From: Chiloscyllium plagiosum | Taxonomy: Eukaryota | Length of the DNA stretch: 64,000 bases | Assembly (NCBI RefSeq): GCF_004010195.1 | Contig: NC_057718.1 | Location: 88,206,876-88,270,875 of the forward strand | Direction of reading: 5' to 3' | Shown here: positions 63,320 to 64,000 of the stretch, piece after piece | How positions within the stretch are numbered: the stretch's first letter is position 1 | Layout: the number at the start of each line of letters is the position of its first letter | The notes under the pieces: model-generated | Told to the model about the DNA's origin: nothing | The model's input: the letters and a program-made list of their open reading frames with translations, nothing else | The model's database searches: none | Program-made: the position numbers and the translations under genes

Positions 63320-63610
63320 TGGCAAAGCAGTGAGCAAATTTTGGCTTAATTACTAGTGCTCACATCTAAGTCGTGAATTCAAGTTCTACTCCAGAGATTG
63401 TGCACACATAAATCAGGCTACGAATCCTGGTGCAGTGCTGTGGGAACATTGCTCTGTCAGAGGTACCATCTTCCAGATGAAACATTAAATTGAGGCACTG
63501 TCTGTGTTTAAAGTAAATATAAAATACCTCATGACACTAATGGAAACAGTAAGGTATTTACCTTAGTGCCCTGGCCACTATTCATCGCTTAAGCACATAA
63601 AAACACAACT
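63320..63610 (+). mobile_element. Old SINE with a Deu-domain-like core (related antisense copies at about 25490-25800, 44480-44690 and 56010-56410)
   Basis: gtgcagtgctgtgggaacattgctctgtcagaggtaccatcttccagatgaaacattaaattgagg resembles the DeuSINE core; recognised from recall. Confidence 0.5.
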
Positions 63611-64000
63611 TAATCTTTCAGCAATCCTTAAATTCTAGAAAAGACATATAAAAACTGCCTATGCAAGATCTTTATTAAGTAAAGGAAGGAAACTGAAAAC
63701 CGGTAACTATAAGTATTTTGATACAGTGTAAACCCCCCTCCTCCTCTCCTCTCCTCCCCCCCCCCCCGCCGCACGCTAATTTAAACCTGTAACACAAAAG
63801 ATTTATCCTGTGCAGTAATCTGTGAACATTCAAGAGGGGAGACCCCTCACACTTTCATAACAATAACTTAAAGTCTACTTTGGGGGAAATTTTAAAGAAT
63901 TTGATACCAGAGCATTTAGAAATACACAAAAAGATCAGGCAAAATCATTATGGCTTCATGAAGAGGACATTAAAAGCAGGATAGATGACAGGGAAACAAT

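Noticed and set aside
63733..63772. Short C/T-rich tract resembling the giant array
   Set aside because: It does not contain the 15-bp unit; ordinary low-complexity sequence.

Overview
Vertebrate genomic DNA. The repeat content (CR1/L2 LINEs, V-/Deu-type SINEs, Penelope-like elements) suggests a cartilaginous fish; that is an inference. The window holds the middle of a + strand MTHFD1L gene (mitochondrial 10-formyl-THF synthetase): 12 recognisable GT-AG exons between 13762 and 59312. The introns carry an antisense, internally deleted class I endogenous retrovirus (about 3527-11383), many nested CR1/L2 fragments and Penelope-like elements (PLEs). A family of short, TSD-flanked, often fold-back PLE-derived inserts carries minimal hammerhead ribozyme motifs. 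An 8.9-kb perfectly homogeneous 15-bp tandem array (44771-53655) lies in the interval where a conserved MTHFD1L exon (human VLDTNDRFLRKITIGQ...) should be. That exon cannot be found, so the flanking exons are out of phase. The four ~3000-aa ORFs are by-products of the array. Transposon boundaries without a TSD are approximate.
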